NCBI GenBank assembly: GCA_020137815.1
Contig: CM035361.1
Coordinates: 1,798,001 to 1,862,000 of the forward strand
Origin: Hormiphora californensis
Taxonomy: Eukaryota; Animalia; Ctenophora
Direction of reading: 5' to 3'
DNA: 64,000 bases
The notes beneath the pieces were generated by a model. That model was not told the origin of the DNA. It saw only the letters and a list, made by a program, of their open reading frames with translations, and did no database searches. Of this stretch, positions 33,994-63,808 are shown one piece after another (positions within the stretch are counted from its first letter, which is position 1; each line of letters starts with the position of its first letter). The translations under genes were made by a program, and so were the position numbers.

Positions 33994-34085
33994 TTGGGAG
34001 GTGCTAGTGTTTGTCAGTTTGTCAGTAGGTGGAGAGAGAGAGAGTCAGTGGGAGGTGCTAGTGTTTGTCAGTTTGTCAGTAGGTG
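33374..34085. repeat. Compound minisatellite: 12 copies of a constant 43-bp unit separated by variable (AG)n tracts
   Basis: GTCAKTGGGAGGTGCTAGTGTTTGTCAGTTTGTCAGTAGGTGG x12; spacers ~9-70 nt of AG. Confidence 0.95.
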
Positions 34086-34955
34086 AATCATGTAACTTTG
34101 GGCGTGTTCCCACTGCATGCAACCACCAAAACATGGTGATGAGTAGTTAGTGATTGTACCCTGTTTTCAAGACAGCATGTTGTACATAACCACCCAAATG
34201 AGAGTCTCGTGACGAGGAAGTTGTAAAATATAGAGTTAGGGAGATCAAAAATAGATTTAGAGACGTCACTGAAGAGATGTCTAACAAGATTTATGTGTCA
34301 AGTGTCAGTTGTTAGTCAACTATCATTATTATATCTGTAACTTATAGTTTGCCGTGAAACTTTACTGATATCTGTTTAGAAAAGTCTTCTTGCTATGACG
34401 TTATTTAAAAAGTTAAAGAGTGAAAGAAATAAAGGACATTTAGAGATCTGCTATTCATTTTACAGAATGTAATTTCATAAGATTCAGGGAACACCGAACA
34501 GGGATAATTCGATACTCGATCTACTTTTTAGAGGCCAATGAATATGTATATGTTGTGGTTGAGAAGTATTTGTACGTGAAAGTTTAGGAAGAGAGTGAAA
34601 TCATACTGTGCGGTGAGAAAGGATAGAGAACTTGGAAGCGATTTGAAAAACAGCGTACACATCGTGTCCTATAAAAACACAAACAGGGACGACATTTCTC
34701 TTACCTCCCCTTCTCGTTTTAATTTATTAGCCTATATGACTTATTCCCCTTCATTAAACAAATAAAATCACTTATACATCTTGCTTGTGAAAATTATAGT
34801 CTTCTCATTTCGATCGGTCAGTATCATGTATTGGCTAAAAGTCAACCAGTCTGATACGTGTATAGTACATCCTAGAAATCACCCATCTATTTCCAAAATA
34901 GCTTACACCCCAGTCGTGTGTGTGCCGTGAAAAGAGATAGATATAATGATAGAAC

Positions 34956-35012
<57 letters not shown>

Positions 35013-35329
35013 ATATAGTGTAAGCACAGCACCAATCAGTCAATCACCTAACCTCACAACAATAATTGCCAATATAATGTACATGGAAACAAGTTGAACA
35101 CGTGAGTGGGGTGGAGTAGATTGTATGTGTGTGGTGCTTAGGGTTCGAGTATTTCCTAGATCGAAGAAAGAGAAAGATAGGAAAAAAGAGAGGGAGGAGG
35201 AGGAGGGATTAAAAAAGATAGGAAGGAAAGCGGTGTTTTCTTTGGCAGATGCTTACACCCATTTGTTACCATGCCAAAGAGAACAAGACCATGCATGGGG
35301 AAAGAATAGGGAATAGACAAAGAAACGAG

Positions 35330-35496
<167 letters not shown>

Positions 35497-36697
35497 GAGA
35501 AATAAAGATAGGATGTCTATTCACTGAACTGTAAACTCAGCAGCAAACGACACGAAGAAAATTTTGGGATATGGTTAAAACAGCTTGTTTACGATTTAAA
35601 AACACTGGTGTAATTAACAAAACGGGGTTTAAATTATTGGAACAAAATTCAAACTTCATTATATTACAAACACAAGAAAACTCACACTTTTAAAAATTTC
35701 CATTCAACCCCCTCCACCATCAAACTTTCACAATATGCATTCAATATTTGACTTGCTCAGATCATACTCGTAATCGTATGAAGATTGAAAGATTGAACAA
35801 TTTCGCTCCAAGACAGTCCATTATAAAGTTCTTTTTCCTTCATACTATGATTATTGAACATTACTATGTACATTCAATTTCACTTCGATCCAGTTCAATT
35901 TCATGAGAAAGTTCTGAGTGTCATCTATAATTTCATCTCATCATCTCTCTAACCATTAGCATTGGCCCCGTAGATTCATCTCTCTGAATTGCGCTGAGTT
36001 GCGTTTACTTTCCCTCACAATATGACGCATGTCGATGTAGACGCTGTAGGAGAGGGATTCATGTCCATATAAGGGATGAATGTTTAACTTTTATGCCCAA
36101 ATTAGGTCTGATACTAATGTGCTGCTTAGTCCGATATGCCCAAACATGGAGAGGCTGAAAGGCGACTAATGATATGCTGATTATCATAGAATTAACGAAA
36201 TGAAATAGGCTTCTACGGTATAATGCTCGAGTCAGTGTGTATGTGTGTCTGTTTGTTTGAAAAGTGTAAAAGGGGACAGTGAAATGAACTGAAATATTTT
36301 ATGAACCAGCCCTAACCCCACCGATTCTCTCTTTACCTGTAATTACTATTATCCCTGGCAGATAGGTAGTAATTAACAACAGCGATAATTGCCATGGTCG
36401 TTTTACACAAAACGAAGCAGTGGAGTGGGAGAGAGAGATGGAGAGAGAGAGAATAAGAGAAGGATTTGACACGAACAGGTGTGATCGACAATTTGAAGAC
36501 GTGCCCATTGCCCAAAACGTGACTAATTATCTTTGAAGGCATTCAAGAATGGAAGATGTATTTGTTTTTAATTGACGTAGCTGGTTATGGCCGTGAGGTC
36601 TACTTTCTTTCTTCTTCTCCGCACATTATAATATTGATGCATGAGCATATCCATTGACTCATCCGGATGTGTGATGATATGTCAAGCAAGGGATAAT

Positions 36698-39600
36698 TCA
36701 TAATTCATAATAGATCTGTACTGAGGAGAGAGTTCTGTAGAAAAACAGATGTAATGATAGTGAGTGAAGGAGAGTGGGAGAGAGATATAGGGAGAAAGAG
36801 AGTGAGAGAGAGAGAGAGAGAGAGATAGAGAGAAAACGGGAGAGTGAGTGAAAGTAAGGTAGATGCAGAACGAACATTCACCTGTTCACGACTTGTGAAT
36901 ACACGATTACACTAGAACACACATGTGACAAAACTATGTCAACTAGGTATCTGTAAACACCGTCCAAACCCATTACAGGTAACAATGCAATCATGATTGA
37001 TTTCCCACTATCTAATTATTCAACTCCCCCACTCCCTATCCCCGTATAACACCCCATTAGCCAGCCCGTAGCCCTGCTTTCTCTGCCAGTTTTTATGACA
37101 CTCACCTACTGTAAATGATTTCAGATCAGCTTGCTTGTCGAACCCCGAGGAAATGTGACCCGTAGCCCTGTTACCCGATGTTACCGAACTTTTCACCGAT
37201 TGTTCCTTCTGTTTTTTGAGCATCGTCCAATCGAACACGTTGTCATATTGGTAATCGAATCGAGTAAACACCTGGAAATGTGAGCTGGAGTAAAAATCGG
37301 ATCGAATTGAACCTATAATAGGAATAGAGCCAAGGATGCTAGGAATACCGTAGGACCGTTTATTTTCATTCAAATCGTCATTTTCCTGAAAAAATCACCG
37401 AGGGACAATATTCATGGGACACCCTAATACAATGTATAGAAATTTATGGTCGGATATAAATGTAATCAGGCTAGGAGGCATGGATTCATAGTTAGTTTAA
37501 GGGTTCAAGTTTCTCCGTCTCACAGAAAGATCCAGCTCCCTGGCCCTGGCTCAAAAATTCGATTTCATAGTTTTCTCGGTAGACCCCCTCGAACTGCGAT
37601 CCCTCTTATTTTTCTCCGAAATGTTTGCATATATTACCAGCCTATGACCAGAGTCTGCCCCCGAAACTATCGCTCAATATAATATGGTAAATATATCACA
37701 TCAGCAATATAAATCTACTTCCAAGAAACAAGGAACAAGCCGAATAAGACACGTACAATATATCAAAAACCACGTACCTTTTTGAATAACTGTCGAAGGT
37801 AACTGTAATCAGGACTTTCTTCAAACTTTAAACTCCTACAATAGGTCGTGTAAACCCTAAACTCCTCAGGGTATCCATCGCACAGGGCCTCGGGTGTTGT
37901 CGAAACCTTCCTCTCACAAATCCTTTCGTATTTTTGTTTTTTGTTTGCTGCACGAAGTCCTTGCCAGGGCAATTGGGAAAGGTTGAAGTACATTAAAACG
38001 TATCCTAAAGATTCCAAATCGTCTCTCCTGCTCTGTTCAATGCCCTTGTGAGCGTTTATGGAGGCGTATCGGGCGGTTCCTGTCAGGTTTTTACCATCTT
38101 TATAGGCTATGTGTTGTCGGACCTGTAAAAGTGTAGTAACGATATTTGTTTGTTTGTTTGCTTAGAATGTTCTTTGCATGAAACATGCTTTACTGATCCT
38201 CTCATGCACATACTAAGTAATCAATTGCGATTAGATAAGATTCTGACTACCGAAATAAAAACCTACCGCGTTTCGATACTTTTTCGCCAGGCCAAAGTCA
38301 ATGATATAGCATTTGTGATTGAGGTGATTCACCCCCATCAGAAAGTTATCTGGTTTGATATCACGGTGGATAAAATTCCGAGAATGAAAAAACTCGATCC
38401 GTGTCAGCATCTGGTCAGCCAGCATGAGAACTGTCTTGATTGAAAACCTGATTAATTGGGAGATTTGTTTTGTGAGTCGGGTTATAAAAACATCGAAATA
38501 TATGGAATAGAAATGACGTAAAATAATATTCAGGATGCTGTCATAACTTTTTTGAAAACATATATTGTTACATGTCTTGGGGTTTTAAAAAAAACCGGAA
38601 AATTTTGTGTGCGTGTCACGTCCGGTAGTCACCGAATTAGGAACAAGAGCTAGAGCGCTTGCAGAAAATATGACACCGGGGTACTCTGCATGTATGTAAT
38701 TCAAAGTTGGAAATTTTCCATATAATTTTACACACGACTGCAACAGTTTTTTACATAATATGTTACAGTCGACTGCAAAAGTGTTTTAGCTATGACTGCA
38801 AAAGTATTTTCCCTGTTATGTGCGACTGCAAAACTATTTTACCTGCAATTGGAAAAGTATATCTTACCTGCGACTACAAAAGTTGAACAGATCCTCGAGA
38901 GATGGTCCTAACAGGTCAATTACCAATACATTGTACTGTCCTTCAGTTCCATAGTAATGTGCACGAGGCACACCCGGTCCATTTTGCATCACCTTATAGA
39001 GAGAAAGATCATATCTCGATAACAAAACTTTATTTTACAGGGGATTAAAAAAGTATTGTGCAATAAAGATGTAGAGTGAAAATAGCGTGGAAGATCATGC
39101 ATGACCTGTTAGAACATTTAATGACCCCAGTCTATACCTTATAAATCTTAGATTCATAGTGGAGCTGAAGATGTCGAGCTGAGGTATTTTCAATCTTTAT
39201 CGCCACCTGGAGGGGGATGTACGGCGATTAAATTTACAACTCTGACGTCCAAACATATTTGCCGTGTTCGACCCTCTCTCCGCAAAGGAGGGTTAGAAGG
39301 AGGGTTAGAACATGATAACATGATATATGTAACGAGTTTATAGTTAAATCGCTCAATCATCTTTTCCTTGTCCATCAAAAAGGGTACGATCTTAAGGGTA
39401 GTGTTGTATACATTGTACACTACGTTACTAAAGTATTGTATACATTGTACACAGTAAACTACGTGTTGTACGTGTTGTACATACCTCTTCACCGGAATGA
39501 ATATTCTGAGCGGTATAAATCTCGCCAAACGATCCATTTCCTATTCGTTTTATCAGTCGGTACTTTCCTGAGAACGAGAGATCATGAAGAGAGAGAGAGA

Positions 39601-40486
39601 GAGAAGAGAGCGGAAGAGAGCGGAAGAGTAAGAGAGAAAGGGAGATTAGGATTAGGTAAGAGAGGGAGAAAGGAGCAAAAAAGTGATTGAGGAACTAAAC
39701 AGGAACTGTAAACAGAACAAAATAATTCAGTTTATAACGATTTACGAAATAAAATATATTAACCTGCTACAATAAACTTCATGGTGTTCGAAACTTCATT
39801 CATAGCATAAACATTGACAAGTAAATGTGAAGTGTAACTCTACACTCACGACAACAAACAGCTCAAACAGAAATAAGTGAAATATTTATTTTGGCACTTA
39901 CGCCGTCACATAGATCAGACAGTGACAAAAATAATACAGACAATCACTTGTCTATATCACTCCTAAATTTACACCAGTGCAGCAGAGAGACAGACAGACA
40001 TTTATTACAGATCTATTACAGATAGAGAAGAATAGAAAGAGATAATGTATGTGATATTTTGATCGACTTTTTTAGCATATAATAATAATAGCAATATTTC
40101 ATTGTCGGACAAAAGATAATAGAAAATGAATGCTGTATCATTAGAAAATAATAAAAGAGAATTAATAAGTGAAGCGATAACAGACGCGGGACGCCTAGAA
40201 GAATCTAAAGTGTACGACCATGCAGATATTTAAAACTAGTATCCAGCATTCCCTTTGATAGTATCCAGAGTCAAGATATACAAAAGGATGAAAATGGTCA
40301 GAAAATGTAGAAAAATCAAAAGTTATACAGATTTTACATGAACCGTTTGTCCCGTTTTAACAAATAAACAATAAAAACTGGCGGGCATCGTCAGTAAAAA
40401 CAGTTCAAGATATTATTACCTGCAACAAGAAGCTTGCTCTTTGGGTCCCCGCCCGCCTCCGAACTAGTGGTCGTTCCACCGTCCAT
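36698..40486 (-). CDS. CSNK1A1: Casein kinase 1, alpha-like; final short exon (36698-36720) tentative
   Basis: [80 protein letters not shown] and FDWTMLK with a short tail typical of CK1 alpha. Confidence 0.9.
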
Positions 40487-40642
40487 TGTTACACCCTCCA
40501 GTTAGGGAGATCATAAAATCGCAACAAATAGTAAATCATACATTCTACACAGGAGATATGGAGTGAAAGGGAGAATGATATAACCGAGATATATTGAACA
40601 TATGTTTTCTAGTTCGTGGCAGAAAACATAATAGGGTTATGT

Positions 40643-40866
40643 AAAGTCGGATTTTTTGAAACTGTCACCCCCCTGAAATAACAAATTTGTCATATCTCCG
40701 GTTCCTGATAAGATAGAGATTTGAAATTTGGAGGTTCGGAAGAACTTAGCAAGATCTTTATAGCCTCCAAATTTCAAGTCTCTATCTTATCAGGAACCGG
40801 ACTTATGGTCATTTAAAGAAATTTTAAAACTCAGGGGGGGTGACAGTTTCAAAAAATCCGACTTTA
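40643..40866. mobile_element. Palindromic MITE in the CK1 5' region; related terminus at ~63105
   Basis: AAAGTCGGATTTTTTGAAACTGTCACCCC...GGGGTGACAGTTTCAAAAAATCCGACTTT flanked by ATGT/ATGT (or TA/TA). Confidence 0.85.
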
Positions 40867-41802
40867 TGTGTTTTCTATCTCACATGTTTGACAGGATATG
40901 TTATTTTGAAATCAAGTGCTGGTTGCTGATTTGAGATAATGAGATATTCACATCGTGCACTCATATGCAAAGGTATGCTGCACCAGTAAAATTACGTGTA
41001 TCATCTTCTCCCCTTTGTACCCTTTGCAAATCACGTCACGTCACGTGGGTGTTCAAACCAAAGACGCTCTTCCCAGTTCCCGACAAGGTGTTAGGTTTCA
41101 TCGGGTAACCATCATCATCATCATCATCATACAAATATTTAATATTCCGCTTTGTAGTCTACTGCTAGAAGAGCACTTACATATGCTAAATCACAAACAG
41201 GCGAAACTAACGACTTTCTAGTTTCTAAACTTTCTAAACCAACACTAACAACACTTCAATCTTGCGTTGTTCACGATCTTGTAGTAACTTCCTATGTAAA
41301 ACCTATGGCAAGCATGGCAATTATAGCCCAGCTATCAAAGTTCAAACACATTTCGCACGTGAGACTGATGAGCGATTCGTGAAAAATTTGAAAACTGAAA
41401 AGACCCCATCCCTGGAGATACGGTGGACGGAATCTAGTGCCATCTTATGATGCGGATTTTTTCTAAACCTTTCATGGGACATGGATCGCCGATTGCCATT
41501 GAATAGCAGAGTCAAAAGAGTCAAAACTCAAAATTGAAAAATCGAGATCGGAAAAATCAACTTTTGAATTTTGGAGATGTGAAATTTTTATTTTTCGAAA
41601 TTCAAATTATGAATGGGTCGCGCGCAGCAATCACGCGCAAATAAAAAACGCGCATCCTTTATCTGAAACTCACCACTTGAAAAAAGAAACGGCGCTGCAC
41701 CTCCACGAAGGTGGGTAGTGGGTACGTTGAAGGAACCTCATCATAATGGACATTGTATCAACAACGTTACTTAGCCAAATCCTTCCATACCATTATCAAA
41801 TG

Positions 41803-41874
41803 ATTCTGTCTGGCGGCGCCAGACCCCAATTTGAGCGACAGTGCGCTCAGATGGGTCGCGGCGCCAGACAGAAA
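41803..41874. repeat. ~70-bp hairpin MITE family; other copies at ~46957-47024 and degenerate at ~53047-53105
   Basis: TCTGTCTGGCGGCGC...GCGCCAGACAGA inverted ends. Confidence 0.7.
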
Positions 41875-42176
41875 TGATTCAAACTCCGCAAATTTCGTTC
41901 GACAAGAAATGACGTTATGATACATATAAACACAAATACATTACACAAATACACGCAATAAACCCTTTACTCATTACTCAAGTTTTTCAACTTAAAATGT
42001 TCGTTAAGTAATCAAGTTTTTTTCTGAATCTGAAGTCAACTTGTGTGGTGAGTGAACAAAAATAACGGCTTGCATTGCATTAAATTGTCAACAAGAATTC
42101 ACTGATACCGGAACTACAATTATATACATCAATGATACTATAATGTTTTCAAACCAGTCGAAATCATCCTATTTAT

Positions 42177-42657
42177 TTAGGGACAAGTCTGCCCAATAGC
42201 AGGTTGAATCTGCGTTACAACCCCTGATCTCCCATTACAATTTCCCATTAAAAACACGTCATCATCCTCCGTGACGTCACACGTGACGTCATTGGGTGAC
42301 GTTACACTTGATGATGACATAACCTCTCGAGTTTCCAACAATGTCACTTCCGCTGAACATGTCTGATCTGTATTATTAGGCAGATCAATAACCTCCAAGA
42401 TCGCCACAGCAGTCCCATCATCACTTGTCGAATCTTCATCATTATCATCAGAAGATGAAGAAGAAGATTGATCCTCGTCATCTTGAACCTCATCACTTGA
42501 GTAAGGATCATGGGTTTGGAGGGAGGAGTTTAGTTCCCCGTCACCACCAGCCCCGGAGGAGGAGGAGGGAGAACAGGTGTTGTTAGATGAGGGACGGGTA
42601 CTGTGGTGGACTATCACTTCACCGTTCACTTCAGGACGGGGTCGCTGGTTACCGTTC
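42177..42657 (-). CDS. Possible alternative terminal exon (Ser/Asp-rich, ~160 aa) of the PDZ membrane gene
   Basis: Strong acceptor CCCCCTTAG, open frame to stop; an in-frame donor upstream is not clearly identified. Confidence 0.45.
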
Positions 42658-42818
42658 TAAGGGGGGGGGGGAGTTAGATATAGTGTTGATCTAGATGTTA
42701 CTCTAGAAACAGTACAAACTGATGAATTCAAGTTTCATACACTATCTAGTATCTATATTGTAGTTGTAGTAGTAATTACCCTTTGTCAGTTATGATGTCA
42801 GTCATGTTCTGTGTTGCG

Positions 42819-58138
<15,320 letters not shown>

Positions 58139-58805
58139 ATCTCTCTCATTTCTAGCTAAAGGTAATCTTAATTAATAAGTAACTAACACTAGAAGTAAGA
58201 AGTAAATAAGGGACACTAGCATATGGTAAGTGATCTGAACAAAGCCTGTAATTTCAGGATCAAGTGATTACCACGCTAGTGTTCCCTACTTATATATTAC
58301 AGGACGCCTGCAGAAATTCAAGAGCTGCAGCATCCGACCTGACAGAAGAGCTATAGAGCAGTAACATACCTAGTTACCGAGTAGAGAACATCTAGAAGAC
58401 CTCCACATACTATGCGAAATATGCGTGAGCCAGCTGCCAGACCTACAAGAGTTAACTATAATACCGTCGGAGTCAGACATTTTGAGATGGTTATGAGAGG
58501 ACTGAGATGGTGCAGGAAGTGGGAATAATTTAAACTTAGGAGTCGTGGACATTGAGTTCAGAGATCCCGGACAAACTGTGGTGCGTGACAACAATTGTGC
58601 TTCTGACTCCTTGACCCACATATCACATATCACAACAGTTGAACAATAGTGGAAGAATATGTGACAATTTATTGAGAAATCTAGCTGCTAGAATGGGGGA
58701 AGGAAAAGAACAGTAGCCAGCAAAACTGGGGGAAGGAGAAAAGTCTAGAATGGTGAAGAGAAATTGAAATGTACCAAGAATGCAACAATAAGAGTGTTCA
58801 ATATA

Positions 58806-58979
58806 CAGTTGGACCCCGATTTAACGGCCCCCGATTTAGCGGCACCCCGATTTAACGGCAGCATAATCTTCCCCCGATATATGGGAAATTAACATTATTT
58901 GACCCCGATTTAGCGGACACCCCGATTTAACGGACAAAATCCTTTCCCCCGAGGGTGCCGTTAAATCGGGGTCCGACTG
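58806..58979. mobile_element. Tc1/mariner-pogo-type MITE; further copies or fragments at ~62146-62303, 46322-46365 and 57405-57430
   Basis: TA|CAGTTGGACCCCGATTTAACGGC...GCCGTTAAATCGGGGTCCGACTG|TA with repeated CCCCGATTTA motifs. Confidence 0.88.
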
Positions 58980-59593
58980 TAATGACAAAGGTTTATTTCA
59001 TTGGCGTAATGATCTTCTTAAACAAATAAACGTGATTGCTATGGAAAGTGGAAACTAAAGCCGGCAACGGGGGAATTAAATGGATGGCAAGTCCCAAAGA
59101 AACTCAGAGTAACTCAGAGTAACTATGATGCTATGAAAAAGAAACTTGTGGTTTAGTATAGTGTCGCTATGAGAGAATGCTTCATGCAAAAGCATATAGG
59201 TATTAGTTACTTTCCAGTTACCATTCACTCGAAGCCCAGTGATTGAACATTGGTGTGTATTGCACATGTGTATTTACGTCATCTCGTTTAGTTTCTCTCT
59301 CTGTCTCTCTCTGTCTCTCTTTGTCTCTCTCTGTCTCTCTCTGTCTCCCTCTGTCTCTCTCTGTCTCTCTCTGTCTCTCTGTCTCCCTCTTTCTCTCTCT
59401 CTCCCCTCTCTCTATCTCTCTGTCCCTCTAACACCACTCTAAAATCAATGGTGATCGGTTATGGTGCAACATGTTATGTTGCAGTAAAGAAGCGGAGACG
59501 GGAGAGAGGTGAGATGGATCGAGAGAAGGAATCAGGGATAGAGTGGGAGAGAGAGAGAGAGAGAACGTGAGAGAGACGGAGAAAGTGAGAGAG

Positions 59594-59680
<87 letters not shown>

Positions 59681-59844
59681 GAGAGATAGAGAGATAGCGG
59701 TGATTCATAGTAGTAATCCTTGCTCCATCTCCAAATTCGGCATGGTGCGGGGGTCAATCACATCATGATAATCAGAGCTGTTCAACACTCGAAACACACA
59801 TACACGCAGCGGAGTGCTGCATGGGGATGTTCATTCTTGAGCAA

Positions 59845-60062
59845 GATAGAGAGGGGCAGAGAGAGAGATAGAGAGGGGCAGAGAGAGATAGAGAGGGGCA
59901 GAGAGAGATAGAGAGGGGCAGAGAGAGATAGAGAGGGGCAGAGAGAGAGATAGAGAGAGAGATAGAGAGGGAGAGGGAAGAGAGGGGAAAGAGAGAGATA
60001 GAGAGGGGCAGAGAGAGAGGGAAGAGAGGGCCAGGGAAGAGAGCGAGAGAGATAGAGAGGGG
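59845..60062. repeat. 20-bp purine-rich minisatellite
   Basis: GATAGAGAGGGGCAGAGAGA repeated about 5 times, then decaying. Confidence 0.85.
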
Positions 60063-60422
60063 GAGATAAAGAGGGGAAAGAGAATGAGTCAGTGAGAGTG
60101 TTTGAAGCACTTTTCACAAACACTCTAACAAAAAGCACTCTAAATCCGAGACGGAGGAGGTCAAATAAAATAAAGTTGGTTTGATGAAAGCTGGCGTATG
60201 TAGTTACCACCAATTTACTAGTTGTAGTTTACTAGCAGTAGTTTACTAGCATTTAATAGTTTCCTGTTTCCTATCTTCGTGTCAGCTCGTAATCACCTTA
60301 GTATAATCAGGGGTGTCTCTTTCGGCAGAAATAAATATAAAATGAGGAAGTAGGTTTATTTAATAATATCATTTTATCGAAGTAGAACACGTATAACAGA
60401 TCAAGGAGGATTTCTAAGAATA

Positions 60423-60887
60423 ATTAGACAATTTTAACCGGTTATCTAAGTTTTCACAGTACACCGTTTCCGGTGGTTAAAGTGTACTGTGAAATTTTAG
60501 ACCACTGCAAAAACACTAGTAATTATAAAGTAAAATACCGCTGCAGTGGTATGTGAAAAATTAAACACTTTCTAGTCACACGCACACAGTGTGAACATTA
60601 CGTCACTACACAGTACAAACGCCCTAACTACTGCACACGCAACAGCACACGCTTATCTTTTCCCTCTGCGACATGTTGCAACTCTTCTAGGTCACGTGAT
60701 CGTCACACACGCCCTAACCCTTATCTTTTCTTCCCCTCTGCAACTATAGGTCACGTGATCGTCATGTGATGGCACCACCCCAATGAGCGGCCTGCATCTG
60801 CTTTCCCTCTCTGCCTTCGATTCTCTCTTTCCCTATCTCTCTCTCACACACATTCTCTTTCTCTTTTTCTCTTTTTCTCTTTCTCTC

Positions 60888-60973
<86 letters not shown>

Positions 60974-61305
60974 ACTCGCTCAATCTTTATCTCGTTCACT
61001 CAGTTTGTTTCCAAAATCATCTAATAAAATTAGATGACTGCTTTTACATGCTCTATTACACAACAATAATGTTAAAGATTCTTTCACTTTTAGGCCTCGC
61101 AGGCTCGGCCCAAAAGTACAACTACAGAGCTCGCAGGCTCGCTCAGTAGTTACACTTAGCGTGCCTCGCAGGCTCGGCAGCTAAGTAAAAGGATCTACCT
61201 CGACCTGTCGGTCTCGGTTCATTATTGTTGTATTTAGAGCACTCGGCCTTCGGCCTCGTGCACTAAAAAGTAATAGACCATTTTAACCAGTCATCTAATC
61301 ATATA
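60423..61305. mobile_element. ~0.9-kb non-autonomous element, Crypton-like; copy 2
   Basis: Same orientation and near identity to 45029-45947, differing mainly in the (TC)n tract. Confidence 0.65.
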
Positions 61306-61518
61306 TCATCTTCATTCTCGCTAGCCATGATCTTGACTGGTTAATGGACCTCGTGTCCCCGCACCCCTTGAAAATTAAAAGGTTTTGAACAAAACAATCA
61401 TGATCTTCCATGACCAATATAAGGCGAGTTAAGATTTACAATAATAAATGGACTAGCAATATATGGGAGTCGAGACACTGCGGCCCCTATAGATTTCCTA
61501 CCATATTGCGACAGAGTG

Positions 61519-61661
<143 letters not shown>

Positions 61662-63733
61662 GATGGAGAGAGAGAGAGAGAGAGAAATAGAGAGCTATCA
61701 AAGAAGCCACAACTAGTGAATACGGTCGATTCCAAAAGCTTTTAGCCTCTAAAAAGAGATTACTTTTAATTTTGCCGTAACTCACTCAAAGCTATTTCCC
61801 TTTATTTCCCTCTCAGCAGGATTATGTAATATCTCTCTGAATCAGAGGCTCTCTTTTCGCTATCCCACTGAACGTCTCCAGTAGATCACGGTAAGGAGAC
61901 TGTATACTACTTCCATTAGCTGATACCAAGGTTATACGATGTATCACTTTATCATTTAAAGAATGAAATACAGGTAGAAAGAACCTATAGGCTCGTATTT
62001 GATGCTGTCTGCAGAGTCTACAGGTGAGTATTATATGTAGGTGTGTATGCAGTTAAAAGTCTCCAATTAACTGCAGACTGCTGCAAAGAAACGGCATTCG
62101 GCAATTACAGTAATTACAGAGTAAAGTGATACAAACAACAGTCTACAGTCGGGCCCCGATTTACCGGAACCCCGATTTACCGGGAGGATAAACTTCCCCC
62201 GATTTATAAAATTAGCGGCATTTGACCCCGATATACCGGGTACCCCGCTTCACTGGGCAAGACCCTTGCCCGAGCATCCTGTTAAATCGGAGTCCAACAG
62301 CTGTATAATTGCTAAACGTTTATTGCAGAAAGATGTTATCAGAAGGTTTTCTCGTATCAGTTTTGACGTTTCGACAAACTAATTTGAACACTGAATATAG
62401 TTATCGTGATACGACACAAAACCGGTGTCATTTCTGAATATAGATACAAATAAATATTTAAAAAAAAGAAATAAGAAGATTGCTGCGTCACCTACCAAAA
62501 TGCGAGGTATTTTCCTGAGACTGCCGATTGACGTTTGACAACCAGACAAGTTGATGATGAAGCAACCTTAATCGTACCCGTCTGGTTATATCGACTAGCC
62601 TGCCACCCAGATAGGCAACATTACCCCTCACAGAGAGGGGTAACAGAACCGTTTTGACAGTCAATAGTTAAGCTATTATTATTATTGATTCTATACAATA
62701 CTCCATTTTTTTTTGCACGTACACGTGGCTATTTCTCTATCCATGAGGCAGTCCGACTATTGGATGCCGCCAAGCAAAGATAATAGCTCTCAATACGGTC
62801 CCTTGCTTGACCTCAGTGACTTGCACCGACACTGTCCGTCTCACTCAATCAACGAGTGTGTGCTAACAATCTCGATAGCACGCAGAGCAGTTTTGTCAAA
62901 CAAAGTTATGACATGACTTCTGACGCAACCCTGACAGCGCTGGCTAGCACAGTGATAGGGTTGTTGACAAACTGACGGACTCCATTTTGTGAGCAAAAAT
63001 AGGGTTAAGCTAAGTTTTTGTTTGAGCGTGAAAAATCGTCACAAGTTGACACGAGAACTCCAACTAGACAGGTAAGAATTAATAAATTGTGACAAATCAC
63101 ACATAAAGTCGGATTTTTTGAAGTTGTCACCCCAAAATGACCGTGCATGTGAAATTTATCAATTTTGACGCACACACCACACGTTAACATGTGATGTGAC
63201 GCACAAAAACATTCCGCACACGAAAAGGGGGGGGGGTACCAACCTATTTTTTTGTATTTTTTTGTATTTTTTTGTACGGTCCGTACAAAAAAATAACCAA
63301 AATTCCCTGCTTTTTCCGTACAAAAAATACAAAAAAATACAAAAAAATATACTGCTGAAGGGAACTTCTTTAGGGCCCCCTATAAGTCTCTAGAGGTTTG
63401 CGGGGTCCTTATACTGGCCTGTATAGCCCTCTAGTTTCGTAGTACTCATAATCCCATGCTTTTTCCATGCGAACATTACCATGATTAAGTTATTCTAGAC
63501 CTGAACTTGCTCCAAATCCTAGTTGGGTAACAGCAAAATATGTCGGGATAGTGCCCAAGCTTTATTTTCTGATGAAATTTCATTTTTCGGCCGAATATGC
63601 CTACTTATTCCCCCTCATGCCTGGAAAAAGGAGGCATAAGCAGGCCGAAAAACTGAAAAAGCCGAATCGGCCTCTCTCCCCCGGCCAGTTGTGCGCGCGC
63701 TACATTATATACTCTCAAATCGCAGTCTATTCA

Positions 63734-63808
63734 GTTCCCCCATGGTGTAGTGGTTATTGCATATACTTGACATGCAGAAGGTCCCGGGTTCGAAACTCGC
63801 CTGGACCA
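63734..63808 (+). pseudogene. tRNA-Val-like pseudogene (apparent GAC anticodon)
   Basis: A box TGGTGTAGTGG, B box GGTTCGAAAC and a T7 terminator, but acceptor and anticodon stems are mismatched. Confidence 0.7.

Noticed and set aside
33374-34085. True CRISPR array
   Set aside because: Spacers are only (AG)n, there are no cas genes, and the context is eukaryotic
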